Notes under the pieces: model-generated
What the model saw: the letters and a program-made list of their open reading frames with translations, nothing else
The model's database searches: none
What the model was told of the DNA's origin: nothing
Program-made: the position numbers and the translations under genes
Virus record (IMG/VR): IMGVR_UViG_3300036715_004471
Coordinates: 372,001 to 436,000 of that record
Length of the DNA: 64,000 bases
Direction: 5' to 3' (one strand)
In this document: positions 1 through 10,565 of the stretch, one piece after another
Layout of the letters: each line of letters begins with the position of its first letter
Numbering within the stretch: the stretch's first letter is position 1

Positions 1-513
1 GGCTGTTTCTAATTTTTCTTCAATCTGCTCGCAAGATTTATCTGCCAAATGTTTGAAGGCTTCAATTCTAGCCTCCATAGTCGGTAAGTCTCTCAAATCT
101 TTAATCAAAAACCAATCAGGGGTTATTTTAAGATAACTTGGTTTACCATTACTGGCATCATACCAACCTTCAGCGCCAATAACCGCGACTTCATCATTTA
201 ACGGAACAACGCCCGATTCAGTCATCCAAATCAAATTTGGATGCTTATCACACAGGGCACGGATCTTTTTATGGGTTTCTTCAAATGAAGAGAAATGATA
301 ATCATGATTGCCGAGGACAAAATATATAGGGCACTTAACTAAAGTTGCCAAAAGCTTCAAATCCAAACAAGTCATTAATCCGTTGGAAATATCTCCGGTC
401 AGAAAAATGGCTTTTGGATTTTCTTTTTTGATACGATGGAAAAATCTTAATTTAGTAATAGGACCCACTTTATCCAAGTGGGTATCAGTGTACCATAGAT
501 ATTTGTCCTTCAT
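1..513 (-). CDS. calcineurin-like metallophosphoesterase (runs off window edge)
   Basis: Hand translation from ATG 513 (MKDKYLWYTDTHL...FLTGDIS...VLGNHDYH) shows DxH, GD and GNHD motifs; not in the ORF track because it is truncated. Confidence 0.8.
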   Translation of the reverse strand, partial: MKDKYLWYTDTHLDKVGPITKLRFFHRIKKENPKAIFLTGDISNGLMTCLDLKLLATLVKCPIYFVLGNHDYHFSSFEETHKKIRALCDKHPNLIWMTESGVVPLNDEVAVIGAEGWYDASNGKPSYLKITPDWFLIKDLRDLPTMEARIEAFKHLADKSCEQIEEKLETA

Positions 514-533
514 AAATCACCACCTAGTTAGTT

Positions 534-863
534 TTATAAGAATGCTTTCATATGATAGATTCTATCAGCAAATGCAGCAGCTTCTGTCGGTTTAACAATT
601 TCAAAACATATGAGAACTTCAATTCTGCCCATTAATACAGATGACTCTTCTTGCCTAACCCAGAGAACAGTAATGTCTTCTTTTGGATATAAAACCAAAG
701 CTGCATACTTATTTTCAAACCTATAAGTAAGATTTTTCAATTCCCATTTAGAATAGTGTGGTGGTACTTGAGTTACAAAATATTCAACATTACACTCATC
801 GCATCTAGACATGTACATGTTTATTCTATTTTCTGCATCACAAAACAGACATTTCCAACCCAT
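534..863 (-). CDS. hypothetical protein, Zn-ribbon N-terminus, ends MKAFL
   Basis: CxxC...CxxC; abuts ligA. Confidence 0.6.
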   Translation of the reverse strand: MGWKCLFCDAENRINMYMSRCDECNVEYFVTQVPPHYSKWELKNLTYRFENKYAALVLYPKEDITVLWVRQEESSVLMGRIEVLICFEIVKPTEAAAFADRIYHMKAFL

Positions 864-864
864 A

Positions 865-2760
865 TTACTTCACCAAATCTAAGAAGTCTTCTTCTGAAAG
901 AAGGATTGTACCTAACTTACGAGCTGCCACCGCCTTAGAACTAGTACTGTTCGGATCTGCAATTACCAGATAACTTAAACCTTTACTAACTGAATTCTTT
1001 ACGTCTCCGCCAGCATCAGCCGCCATCTTTTCCAAAACAGGTCTTTTGGTTTTCATTGATCCTGTAAAACAAACTGATTTGCTAGTTAAAACGCCCTTGG
1101 CTCTGATTTTGATTTTAACACCATTATCTAGTAATTCCAAGATCAAATCTTGATTTGAAATCAAACCATTTGCCAAAGACTTGGCTTTTACCGGACCCAA
1201 ACCTGGAACTTGTTCAAATTCATCAGCTGATAGTTGTCCAAACTTCTCCAAACTATCACACCCAGCATTCATGATGAGTTTAATAGTGGACTGCCCAATC
1301 ATAGGGATACTTAAAGCTCCAAGGAAAACTTCCAAAGGAACTTCTGCGGCTTGCCACAAAATATCATGACATTTCTGAGCAGATTTCTTGCCCATACGAT
1401 CTATACTAGATAAATCATCGACAGTTAACTCGTATAAGTCAGAAACTTTAACTACCTTACCTGTCCGAACCAATTTCTCAACTAAAGTATCTCCCCACTC
1501 TAATAGGTTGAGTTCTTTAATCCAATTCTTGATTCTGCCCACCACTTGTGCCGAACAAGTTAAACTGTTGGTACAGTTAAGATTTTCTCCAACCATTTCT
1601 ACTAATCCTCCACACTCCGGGCAATTAGTTGGAGCCTGCAATATGGTACCGGTGCTTTTAATCAATTCTTCAACACGCGGAATAACATCATTTGCTCTTG
1701 AGACTAAAACTGTAGCCCCAATATCCAAGCCTAATTCCTGGACATAAGCTAAGTTATATAGACTTGCTCTACTAACAGATGCTCCAACTAAGATCACCGG
1801 ATCTACCGTAGCAACAGGAGTTAATCTTCCGCTATTACCAACCTGCCAAACAATATTTCTAATAACAGACTCTCTAGCCTCATTATCGAATTTGAAAGCA
1901 ATAGCTCCTTTAGGTCTTAAATCTTTATCTCCCAAAGCAGCTTGGATAGCCAGATCGTTCACTCTAACGACCAAACCATCAATATCATAGTCTAATTTAT
2001 CACGCTCAGTGTCTTGATATTGTCTCCAAAAATCGCTTACATATTTAGCGTCATTGAATAGCCAAATATTAGGGGTTTTTAAATTGTGAGATTTCAACCA
2101 AAGCCACTGATCGTGCTCAGAATCAAAATCTACATCTCCCAAAACTTGATAAAATAGAATATCAAGATATTCACTGCCCACACCATCCAGTCTCTTGGAG
2201 ACACCGGAGGCGGCATTTCTGGGATTTGCCTTATCAGCAAAATGGGCTTTATGATTGGTTTTGGTCATAATGATTTCGCCACGCAAAGAGCCAGTAAAAG
2301 GATCTGGCAAATTGTCACAAAAATCATACAATTCTCTCATTACTCCTCCCATGTTAATAACATTAGAAGTAATGTCTTCTCCAATAGTTCCGTCACCACG
2401 GGTAATAGCTTGAACCAATGAACCATATTCATAAATAAGTTCAATACTAAGTCCATCTAACTTTTCAATTACCCATAATTTTTCACCTGGAGCAGTGCTG
2501 TCGACCCATTTAGTCAACTCATCAGGAAGATTAACTTTATCCAAAGATCCCATAGGAATTTGGTGTTTAGCTTTTTTCCATTCTGTTAACGCAACTGGCG
2601 CGCCAACAGCAGTAACAGCAGCGTTTGTGGGATCTAGAATTTTAAGTTCATCAACCCATGCGTCATAAACCTTATCTGAAAAGGTTGATTGACCATTGTA
2701 ATAATCATTACGTGCTTTAGTAATTTTATCTGTTAATTCTTGAATACGTTGCTGTGACAT
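865..2760 (-). CDS. ligA: NAD-dependent DNA ligase
   Basis: KLDGLS adenylation motif, TRGDG, NPRNAASG, OB fold, C4 zinc finger, HhH, BRCT. Confidence 0.97.
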   Translation of the reverse strand: MSQQRIQELTDKITKARNDYYNGQSTFSDKVYDAWVDELKILDPTNAAVTAVGAPVALTEWKKAKHQIPMGSLDKVNLPDELTKWVDSTAPGEKLWVIEKLDGLSIELIYEYGSLVQAITRGDGTIGEDITSNVINMGGVMRELYDFCDNLPDPFTGSLRGEIIMTKTNHKAHFADKANPRNAASGVSKRLDGVGSEYLDILFYQVLGDVDFDSEHDQWLWLKSHNLKTPNIWLFNDAKYVSDFWRQYQDTERDKLDYDIDGLVVRVNDLAIQAALGDKDLRPKGAIAFKFDNEARESVIRNIVWQVGNSGRLTPVATVDPVILVGASVSRASLYNLAYVQELGLDIGATVLVSRANDVIPRVEELIKSTGTILQAPTNCPECGGLVEMVGENLNCTNSLTCSAQVVGRIKNWIKELNLLEWGDTLVEKLVRTGKVVKVSDLYELTVDDLSSIDRMGKKSAQKCHDILWQAAEVPLEVFLGALSIPMIGQSTIKLIMNAGCDSLEKFGQLSADEFEQVPGLGPVKAKSLANGLISNQDLILELLDNGVKIKIRAKGVLTSKSVCFTGSMKTKRPVLEKMAADAGGDVKNSVSKGLSYLVIADPNSTSSKAVAARKLGTILLSEEDFLDLVK

Positions 2761-2787
2761 TTATAGTGTTCCTTCATCTATAAAGAA

Positions 2788-3234
2788 TCAAAATCCCAAT
2801 TCGTCAGCATTTTCCACTATATTTTTGTAATCTCCTAAGAAATCATTTTCTCTATAGTGAAAAGCCACATGGGAAATTAAAGACTTATAGTCTTTAATTT
2901 GCCCATTGGATTTCGCGAAAATCTTTCTGTATTTTTCAGAGTCGTAAAAACTGTCCTTCTCCGCCACTCCAAAATTCAGTATTCCATCATCATGCAATTG
3001 ACGAAGATGTTTTTCAAAATCAATTTCTTCTCCAAGAAACTCCTCTAGTTTCTTGGATTCACAAAGATATCTAGTAGTTCCAGATAACCTAAGTAAGACA
3101 TCATTTCTTTTTTCTTTCTTAGTTTTCTTCTTTGGAGGGTCTAAATAAGTCTTAACTCCAGAAACTGGATATACATAGTATTCTGGTCTGGAGTTTTTAA
3201 CAAGAAAAAGTAGAATTTCGTCCGAAGTTTTCAT
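2788..3234 (-). CDS. hypothetical protein
   Basis: 148-aa ORF in gene-dense minus-strand run. Confidence 0.55.
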   Translation of the reverse strand: MKTSDEILLFLVKNSRPEYYVYPVSGVKTYLDPPKKKTKKEKRNDVLLRLSGTTRYLCESKKLEEFLGEEIDFEKHLRQLHDDGILNFGVAEKDSFYDSEKYRKIFAKSNGQIKDYKSLISHVAFHYRENDFLGDYKNIVENADELGF

Positions 3235-3541
3235 AACAATAGCCTAATTTAGGATAGGTAAGTACATTCCAGGTAAATTATTGGCACGCATTACATTGCG
3301 CTTCTGGGAAGCAATCGTTTCTACAGAATGAATTCACGCATGAAACTAAATTTTCATATACAATGGAATCAGCTTGCTCGCAACCACATGTAGACAAACA
3401 TCACATGAACGAACTGTTTGTCCTGCTGGACATTTTGTTGGTGCTCTATTCAAATCAAGACATGATGTTCCGATTATAGAAATTAATATTGTGCTAAAAA
3501 TCACCGGTATTGTATATTTCATATTTTCTTTCTTAAGTAAT

Positions 3542-4321
3542 TTAAACAGTAACTGTACTAACGACATCATAATTTGACAAGATGTGCTGATCAATATATG
3601 ATCTGTCTTTGGAGAAGATGGGGATACTCTCATCTACTACCCATTCAGAACGCATTGCTTCAATTGTCTCACCCGTCTTGGGGTTTAGACCTTCCTTCCA
3701 AACCTGAGTTTTAACAAGGCAGCGCCCTCTCCTCTGAGAGATTGGGCAGTCATTCCAGTTAATACCTTTTTGGAAACAAAGTTCCTGCAATTCTGAGTTG
3801 TTTTTGTTCTCAAGTGCTTTGTGAGAATATAAGGATCTTGCTAACATTTGCACAGAGTTACGGGTAGCGTCTTGCTGCCTCCAGATGAAATAGTTACAAA
3901 CTTCATCATTTGGTAAAATGAATGCTCTAGCATCAAATGCTGCTAATTTGATTTTACCAAAAATTCTATCTGAAATTGATGAAAAATATGAAGAGGCTTT
4001 TGCAGCAGACACACTAACAGTTTTTTGTAAATTATTGTCAAACCACGATTGTGTTTCAAATTGATTATTGTATATCAATATAGATATTTCGTCGCTCTGA
4101 ACGAAACTCAATTTGGCGCCCTGTATATTTTTACATAAATAAATCGCAGTATCATTCATACATGAAACTAAATTTTCATCTACTGGTCTTTTAAGACCTT
4201 TAGTATAAGAATGAAACGCAACTCCGTCCAATCTCAAAATGATTGGCATTCTCATTGGCAATTTTATTCTGTAAGAATCTTCATAAGACTTAATTCTATT
4301 TCCTAAATTTTCTTTGCTCAT
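3542..4321 (-). CDS. Thg1-like tRNA(His) guanylyltransferase / 3'-5' polymerase
   Basis: RLDGVAFHSYT, FVQSDEISIL, FDARAF, YFIWRQQDATRNS; start taken at ATG 4321. Confidence 0.92.
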   Translation of the reverse strand: MSKENLGNRIKSYEDSYRIKLPMRMPIILRLDGVAFHSYTKGLKRPVDENLVSCMNDTAIYLCKNIQGAKLSFVQSDEISILIYNNQFETQSWFDNNLQKTVSVSAAKASSYFSSISDRIFGKIKLAAFDARAFILPNDEVCNYFIWRQQDATRNSVQMLARSLYSHKALENKNNSELQELCFQKGINWNDCPISQRRGRCLVKTQVWKEGLNPKTGETIEAMRSEWVVDESIPIFSKDRSYIDQHILSNYDVVSTVTV

Positions 4322-4370
4322 AAAACACTCGTGTCGCAATTATATTCAATCTGATGATATATATCATTGT

Positions 4371-4964
4371 ATGAGATACATATACTTAATAAGAAATGTT
4401 GTAAACGATAAATCTTATATTGGTCAAAGCAAGGTGCCACAAAAACGATGGGTAAGGCACAAGTATGATGCGATTACTCGACTAATTGATTCTCCATTAT
4501 ATAGATCAATCAGAAAACATGGTGTAAATAATTTTACATTTTCCATTATAGATCAATCGGAAGAAGATGATTTGATTGATCATCTGGAAATATTTTGGAT
4601 ACAAAAGTTAAAATCGAATAATTTGAATTATGGATATAATTTAGAATCTGGCGGATGTAATAATAAAATTGTGAGTCAAGAAACGAAAAACAAACAATCC
4701 ATTTCGGCAAAAAAGAGATATACATTAGAAACACAAAATAAATTGAGAGAATCTAAAAAAACTGAACAATCTAGAAAAAATTCTAGTAAATCCTCATTAG
4801 GATCTAATAACGGAAGAGCAATAGTTAACGAAATGATTGTAAAAGAAATAAGAAGATTATGGGAAACTAATGATTACAAACAAATTGAATTATCAGAAAA
4901 ATTCAACTTATCAACTTCTACCATCAATCATATTGTAAAAAGATATACTTGGAAACATATATAA
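4371..4964 (+). CDS. GIY-YIG homing endonuclease
   Basis: YIYLIRN...YIGQS...R, GYNL, C-terminal HTH; opposite strand to neighbours. Confidence 0.88.
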   Translation: MRYIYLIRNVVNDKSYIGQSKVPQKRWVRHKYDAITRLIDSPLYRSIRKHGVNNFTFSIIDQSEEDDLIDHLEIFWIQKLKSNNLNYGYNLESGGCNNKIVSQETKNKQSISAKKRYTLETQNKLRESKKTEQSRKNSSKSSLGSNNGRAIVNEMIVKEIRRLWETNDYKQIELSEKFNLSTSTINHIVKRYTWKHI

Positions 4965-5381
4965 TTATAATGCTTGCAATCTTTTGATTATTTTTGGAGC
5001 ATCACTTTTCTGCATTGGCCAAAAACCAATGACGGTTTCTGTATGTGGAGCTAATTCAGTAAAACCTGCATCTATAATCAACACATGATTGGGCAACTCT
5101 TTCAATTTAGCCCATTCTTTTTCATCGGCTTTCAAAACCACTTTTCTAACAGCTTTGGAAAGCCACTTGCTGAAAATATCGTATTTTGAAACATGATCAT
5201 TCCAGCCACACATAATTTCGTTGTGAATGTCTTGATATTCTTGCTGTAATCTTTGAGCGGCATGAGCTACTTGTGCGGCAGTTTTACCGATACTCATATT
5301 CAAAGATTCACGAACTACCAAATACATAGCCAGAGGAGATTCCTCGGTCTCAGTAAATTCATCATTCATTATATTCATCAA
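4965..5381 (-). CDS. peptidyl-tRNA hydrolase type 2 (Pth2)
   Basis: MYLVVR..L.MSIGKTAAQVAHA, KVVLK, IIDAGFTE...T.TVIG. Confidence 0.92.
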   Translation of the reverse strand: MMNIMNDEFTETEESPLAMYLVVRESLNMSIGKTAAQVAHAAQRLQQEYQDIHNEIMCGWNDHVSKYDIFSKWLSKAVRKVVLKADEKEWAKLKELPNHVLIIDAGFTELAPHTETVIGFWPMQKSDAPKIIKRLQAL

Positions 5382-5820
5382 TCAGGTTACGAACCAATTG
5401 TAAATTAGTTCTTAAATACTTTTCATAATCAGGACTAATGCTTTCCCACAAAGGAGCTCCAACGTCTGGAACATTAGGAATGTTTGCCTCATGAGATTGA
5501 CATTCTGATTCAATTTTAGCATGTAATGCCTCTAATTCAGAAATTCTAGTTTTACATGCCAACACTTCTTGTTTCAAAAGTTCTTTTTCTTCTTTGGAAG
5601 CTTTAGGAAAACGCGAAGAAATCTCATTTCTCTTAGCTCTTAAGATTTCAATTTCCTTTTGAAAATCTAAAGCTTGTTTTCCTAATATTTCTACTTGTTG
5701 TAGACGGTGTATCATTTCTTCGGCAGCATCCGACAAATACAAAGACTTGGGAGGATATCTCACCATTAACGCCTCTTGTATGCTGCGGCGCCATTCAATA
5801 ATCAAATTTCTAGGAAGCAT
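5362..5820 (-). CDS. seryl-tRNA synthetase N-terminal coiled-coil-like protein
   Basis: LRAKRNEISS...coiled coil...NIPNVPD resembles the SerRS arm ending in IPN.P; no catalytic domain. Confidence 0.55.
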   Translation of the reverse strand: MLPRNLIIEWRRSIQEALMVRYPPKSLYLSDAAEEMIHRLQQVEILGKQALDFQKEIEILRAKRNEISSRFPKASKEEKELLKQEVLACKTRISELEALHAKIESECQSHEANIPNVPDVGAPLWESISPDYEKYLRTNLQLVRNLIDEYNE

Positions 5821-5822
5821 AG

Positions 5823-7019
5823 TTAAGCACCATAATCAGTCTTCCAATATGGAAAACCTAAAACTCTAAATAAATCTAATTTGTCAGGCGTGTTATTAAC
5901 TTCCGTTCTAGTAACGGTTCCATAATTAATTACATCTGTAGAACTATATTTGTATTTTAATTCAGAAGAATTGGCAAAAATGACACTACTACCATTTCCG
6001 CCAAACAAGAAAATTCTATCATAAATAATTGCTACTTGAGATTCGGAAACTTCTCCAGGAACATACTTTCTAGTATCCACCCATTGAGTAGGAGAAGATA
6101 AATCACATCTTAATATTCTAGTGCCTTTTGATTTGGGATTTGTACTTACCACTCCAGGAGTAATCAAATATCCTTTATTACCAATAGCAAAAAACTGTCC
6201 ATTACATATAGGATAAGGGAGATGATTAGCTGTTATCCAATTGGTCGGATCATTTAATGGAGCAGAATAGATATTTTCAACCGGAGTATTTGTAAGCAAT
6301 AAACCACCAAACAAATAAATATGATCACCAATAATAGCCACCTGAGATCCGTATAATGCAGTTGGCAATGTTGTCCCTGTATTTGCCCAAGTTAAAGGAT
6401 CAGAGACAGAGGCGGTAAAAATAGTATTTTGAGGTTCGTTCATATTCTTGCCACCTAAAAGGTAAATCTGAGAATTAACGATTATTGCTTGTGCGTTTTG
6501 AATTTTATCAGGTAATCTTGAACCATGATCAGTCCAAGTTAAAGGATCTAAAACAGAGGCGGAAAATATATGATCAGTACACGAACTATCATTACCGCCA
6601 ATTAAATAGATAATATCATTGATGATAAGTAATTGAGATCCATACAGTGGGGTTGGTAATTGCGCGCCCGTATCAACCCAATCAGTTGGATTATTAATAT
6701 TGGCTTTATAGATTTTACCAGATATTTTTCCACCAAAAAGGTAAATATCTTCCCCTATAATAGCCAATTGAGAATCACCGAGGGCGGCGGGCAATACCTT
6801 TTTGGTAGTATCCCACTGTAATGGATTTGGTAGATTGAAATCAACAACCGCCGTATCATCATAGATAATATAGGCTGATACATCTACAAATGGATTTGAT
6901 CCAGATTTCAAACCAGTATATTGAATTGCTTCAAAATCAGGCTGATCTTCAACTATCCAAGTTCTATATTGTACTGGAGATGAATTAACGTCTCTAGCTA
7001 ACATTTTATAACGCACCAT
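5823..7019 (-). CDS. Kelch-repeat beta-propeller protein
   Basis: Repeated IYLFGG...W units. Confidence 0.85.
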   Translation of the reverse strand: MVRYKMLARDVNSSPVQYRTWIVEDQPDFEAIQYTGLKSGSNPFVDVSAYIIYDDTAVVDFNLPNPLQWDTTKKVLPAALGDSQLAIIGEDIYLFGGKISGKIYKANINNPTDWVDTGAQLPTPLYGSQLLIINDIIYLIGGNDSSCTDHIFSASVLDPLTWTDHGSRLPDKIQNAQAIIVNSQIYLLGGKNMNEPQNTIFTASVSDPLTWANTGTTLPTALYGSQVAIIGDHIYLFGGLLLTNTPVENIYSAPLNDPTNWITANHLPYPICNGQFFAIGNKGYLITPGVVSTNPKSKGTRILRCDLSSPTQWVDTRKYVPGEVSESQVAIIYDRIFLFGGNGSSVIFANSSELKYKYSSTDVINYGTVTRTEVNNTPDKLDLFRVLGFPYWKTDYGA

Positions 7020-7244
7020 ATTATTATGGTATTTTATGCAAAAACCGATATATTAAACTTAACCAATCTAGAAATTATGGATTGTAATTTATTATCAATA
7101 GCAGAATCCGTTATCAAATCATTAAATCTATTATTTACAACTGATTTTAACGGAAGATGTATATAATCATATTTTGAAGTAAGAATTACATATTTACCAT
7201 AAACATCATTATGAATAGATAATACATAAATGTTTTTTTGTATT

Positions 7245-8930
7245 CTATATTGTAATAGTATTCTGCCAATTTTTGTATTTTAATATTTGAGCCGATTCAC
7301 TATAATAATGATCTATGAAATGATGATCCGAATCGCAACATTCATCACACCCTTCACATAAGAAGTTAGAACAAGGATTATGAATTTCTCCCGTATTGGG
7401 ATCAATCATTGGTTTTTTCTTTTTCTTATCATCATATTTGCTGTATTTACTAGGTCCTCTAACCATATACAACTCTTTTTTGGCTCTAGTTACAGCTACA
7501 TAATAAAGATTAGCTTCTTCGCCAGAAACCCCCGGACCGTATCTATAAGTATTTATCAACATAAATACTCTATCACGTTCCAATCCTTTGGCTTTGTGAG
7601 TAGTAGAAAAGATTACTTTTTTATCATCAGCCACATCATTAAAAAGCTTTTCAATAGTTTCCTTGAGATCTTTTAAGGTCAGGGTTCCTTCACACAAGTT
7701 TAACAAACATTCTGCTTTATCTAAACAAGTGGTGGTGTCTTTTTTCTCAGAAAGAAGTCTTTCAATTTCTTGATCTTTCCAAGCATTAACATAAGCTGTG
7801 AAATCTTTGATAGTCTTAGATTTAGATTTCTTAATGAAATAGATTAAGTTAGCTCCAACATCTCGACCTTGAATATTTGCCGGCACGCCAGCCTTTAACA
7901 AAGCCATACAATGTTTAATCAGTGGAGCATTAGTTCTAGATAATACGAAGTCTCCAGGCTTTACCATTTTCAAGAATTCAACAACTTGAATATTTTCAAC
8001 TTTACCTTCTGGAGCATTCGCTGCACACTCAATATCTGGAACTATCTCTTGAGCCAATTTGACTATTTTTTGTGGACAACGATAGGTTACTGATAAAGGT
8101 AACGTTTTGGCTTTTAACTTATTGATGAAATTAGGAATAGCCTCACTATCTGCTCCTCTGAACTGATAAATGCTTTGAGCCGGATCTCCTACTGCAATAA
8201 TTCTTCCATCTATTTTGCAAGCAGAAAGTACCATTGCCATCTGAGCCGCATTTAAGTCCTGCGCTTCATCAACAAATACAACATCAAACTTACCAACATT
8301 CAATCGGTAAACAAACGGAAACCAAATCATATCATCAAAATCTATGACCTGTTTTTGTGTTTTGCACGACGCCAAAACTTTAATGACAATTTGAATAAAC
8401 TTTTCTTTGGTTAATTCAAAGATTTCAATACCAAACTTTTCAATCAACTCTTCAATGCGAGAAGGGGTGTCAAATAAAAACCCTTTACATAAAGAAACGC
8501 ATTTACAAATGCTTTGATTTAGTTCCCATAGATCATAAGAGGTTCCAATTATAGTACCTACAATTGTTCTACACTTATCATTATCTAGGACGACTTCACC
8601 AAAACTTTGTTTGATAGATCTGAATCCTAAAGAATGAAGAGTAAGTACATCTACATACGACGGGGCGCGCTGTTTTAATTCATCAGCAATAGATTTGTTA
8701 AAGGCGACCATTAAGGTTTTTTTACCTTTAGGGATATATCTAAATCCCTCAACGATCGTGCTGGTCTTACCACTACCAGCACGAGCGATGACAACAGTAT
8801 GATCGTTCTCTTTAGCGATATCTTTGAAGATATCTTTCTGATATCTGGACCAATCTCTTTTGGGGTTCGCCTTGACTATATGTGAATTGTCAGGCTTCTT
8901 GGGTGGATATTTATTTGTTTTCTTGGTCAT
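7245..8930 (-). CDS. UvrD/Rep superfamily 1 helicase
   Basis: ARAGSGKT, VDEAQD, VGDPAQSIYQFRGA, TTHKAKGLE, YVAVTRAK. Confidence 0.95.
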   Translation of the reverse strand: MTKKTNKYPPKKPDNSHIVKANPKRDWSRYQKDIFKDIAKENDHTVVIARAGSGKTSTIVEGFRYIPKGKKTLMVAFNKSIADELKQRAPSYVDVLTLHSLGFRSIKQSFGEVVLDNDKCRTIVGTIIGTSYDLWELNQSICKCVSLCKGFLFDTPSRIEELIEKFGIEIFELTKEKFIQIVIKVLASCKTQKQVIDFDDMIWFPFVYRLNVGKFDVVFVDEAQDLNAAQMAMVLSACKIDGRIIAVGDPAQSIYQFRGADSEAIPNFINKLKAKTLPLSVTYRCPQKIVKLAQEIVPDIECAANAPEGKVENIQVVEFLKMVKPGDFVLSRTNAPLIKHCMALLKAGVPANIQGRDVGANLIYFIKKSKSKTIKDFTAYVNAWKDQEIERLLSEKKDTTTCLDKAECLLNLCEGTLTLKDLKETIEKLFNDVADDKKVIFSTTHKAKGLERDRVFMLINTYRYGPGVSGEEANLYYVAVTRAKKELYMVRGPSKYSKYDDKKKKKPMIDPNTGEIHNPCSNFLCEGCDECCDSDHHFIDHYYSESAQILKYKNWQNTITI

Positions 8931-8941
8931 AGTACTCGAAT

Positions 8942-9904
8942 TTACATTTTGCTATGTACTTTGGCGTTTTGTTTTAACATATATGGATAGTATCCGTTTT
9001 CGTCTGGTTTATCAAGACCATCTTCCTCGGACTCCATCTCTCGCTTCATAATAACACAGGTTGCCGCCTCTAGCAATTTTTTATGAATATCGAGGTCCTG
9101 ATTTTGGCTGCCCTTGCCACTTTGTGGGTGCCAAAACTTTCTGGCACGCATTATTGTGATTTGGAAATGAGACATTTCCCATAGCGGATTACACCATGCT
9201 TGAACTCTGGCATCATCAAATGGAACTCCAGCCTCAATTAGCTCAACAAACTTGGTTCTCAAGATATGAATTAATTCGTTATCTCTATGATGAGCGTAGA
9301 AAATATCAGCCGTTGCCATTCTGCAAAATAATCTTGTTTTGTCATCTCCGTGCGGTAAATTCGCAAAATGTGATAAAGATTGCTCATACCACTCTTTAAG
9401 TTCTTCTATGAAGATAGTTTTTTCAGGCTTATATTGGAATTCTGGTTCAGTATAATGTACACCAATTGGATTAAATTCCATTATAGATTGATATACTTCT
9501 TCCAAAACATACATAATACCAAGCGTTCTATTTTTTCGACAAAGAGTGCTATATTTCGCTGCGTCTCTTTCGACGCCATTCAAAACATCAGCCAATTTAA
9601 GCTTGCTAGTATCTGGAATGTTATATCTTGATTTATCTTCACCATCTATTGACCAACCTTCTTTAAGAAGATCAAGCATAAGATGAGTTGTTTCATTCTC
9701 GACGATATTTTCCATTCCGCCATAATCATCATAAGTGCCTGGAACAGAAATGCCTAGCGGCATCCATTCATCGTACGGATAATAATTTCCGCCTCCCCGC
9801 ACTTTGCCTTTATAAGTATTATCTACTAAGATAAAAGCACGAATCTTATCTCCGCTATTGATTGGGAGTTGAGTAATCCCGCAACTTTCATTCCATGATC
9901 CCAA
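8942..9904 (-). CDS. hypothetical protein
   Basis: 320-aa ORF; GTYDDYG motif. Confidence 0.6.
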   Translation of the reverse strand: MGSWNESCGITQLPINSGDKIRAFILVDNTYKGKVRGGGNYYPYDEWMPLGISVPGTYDDYGGMENIVENETTHLMLDLLKEGWSIDGEDKSRYNIPDTSKLKLADVLNGVERDAAKYSTLCRKNRTLGIMYVLEEVYQSIMEFNPIGVHYTEPEFQYKPEKTIFIEELKEWYEQSLSHFANLPHGDDKTRLFCRMATADIFYAHHRDNELIHILRTKFVELIEAGVPFDDARVQAWCNPLWEMSHFQITIMRARKFWHPQSGKGSQNQDLDIHKKLLEAATCVIMKREMESEEDGLDKPDENGYYPYMLKQNAKVHSKM

Positions 9905-9906
9905 AA

Positions 9907-10563
9907 TTACACCTTCTTTTTATTAAACTGTTTCCAACCTTCAAATAAACCTAATTCTTTTGCTGATTTTACTAATGGAACCATATGTATCCATGCAGCA
10001 TAGGGAATGCTATTTCGTATAGTATTACAAGAAATACATGCAACATTCACATTATCAGTTGTGTGACCTTTATTGTTATCTATACGATCAAGAGTAAGTT
10101 TACTATTTGAATCTTCACAATAAGAGCATTTTGCTCCGCTGAGCTTTTCTATAATAAAGTCCAAAGTTAAATTATTTTCACGGTGATTGATCTTATCATT
10201 TTTTCTAGAATCATACAAAATGAAATATGAATAATCTTTTACTGGACCATTTCTCATTCTTTTATTTAATGAGTTACGTTTTTTGATTTTTGAAACACGT
10301 TGCGCCTCTGCTTCATCAATTTTATTTCTACTTCTTTTTTCAAGATGAGAAATATCAATTCCATTATACTTGGCAGCTACACGTACACGAGTTATTGAAT
10401 TAGTACAATAATACAGGTCTAATTTTAATAGTGCTTCTCGAAAGTTTTTTGAAGATAATAAAACTGTTTTAAGTTTAGAATATTCAATATCAAGTATTTG
10501 TTTTCCATTTTTTGCCATGTAAAAATATATAGATATTGATAGTTTGGTAGCTACCAAACTCAC
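9907..10563 (-). CDS. HNH endonuclease
   Basis: CSYC...LDRIDNNKGH..DNV...CISCN. Confidence 0.8.
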   Translation of the reverse strand: MSLVATKLSISIYFYMAKNGKQILDIEYSKLKTVLLSSKNFREALLKLDLYYCTNSITRVRVAAKYNGIDISHLEKRSRNKIDEAEAQRVSKIKKRNSLNKRMRNGPVKDYSYFILYDSRKNDKINHRENNLTLDFIIEKLSGAKCSYCEDSNSKLTLDRIDNNKGHTTDNVNVACISCNTIRNSIPYAAWIHMVPLVKSAKELGLFEGWKQFNKKKV

Positions 10564-10565
10564 AT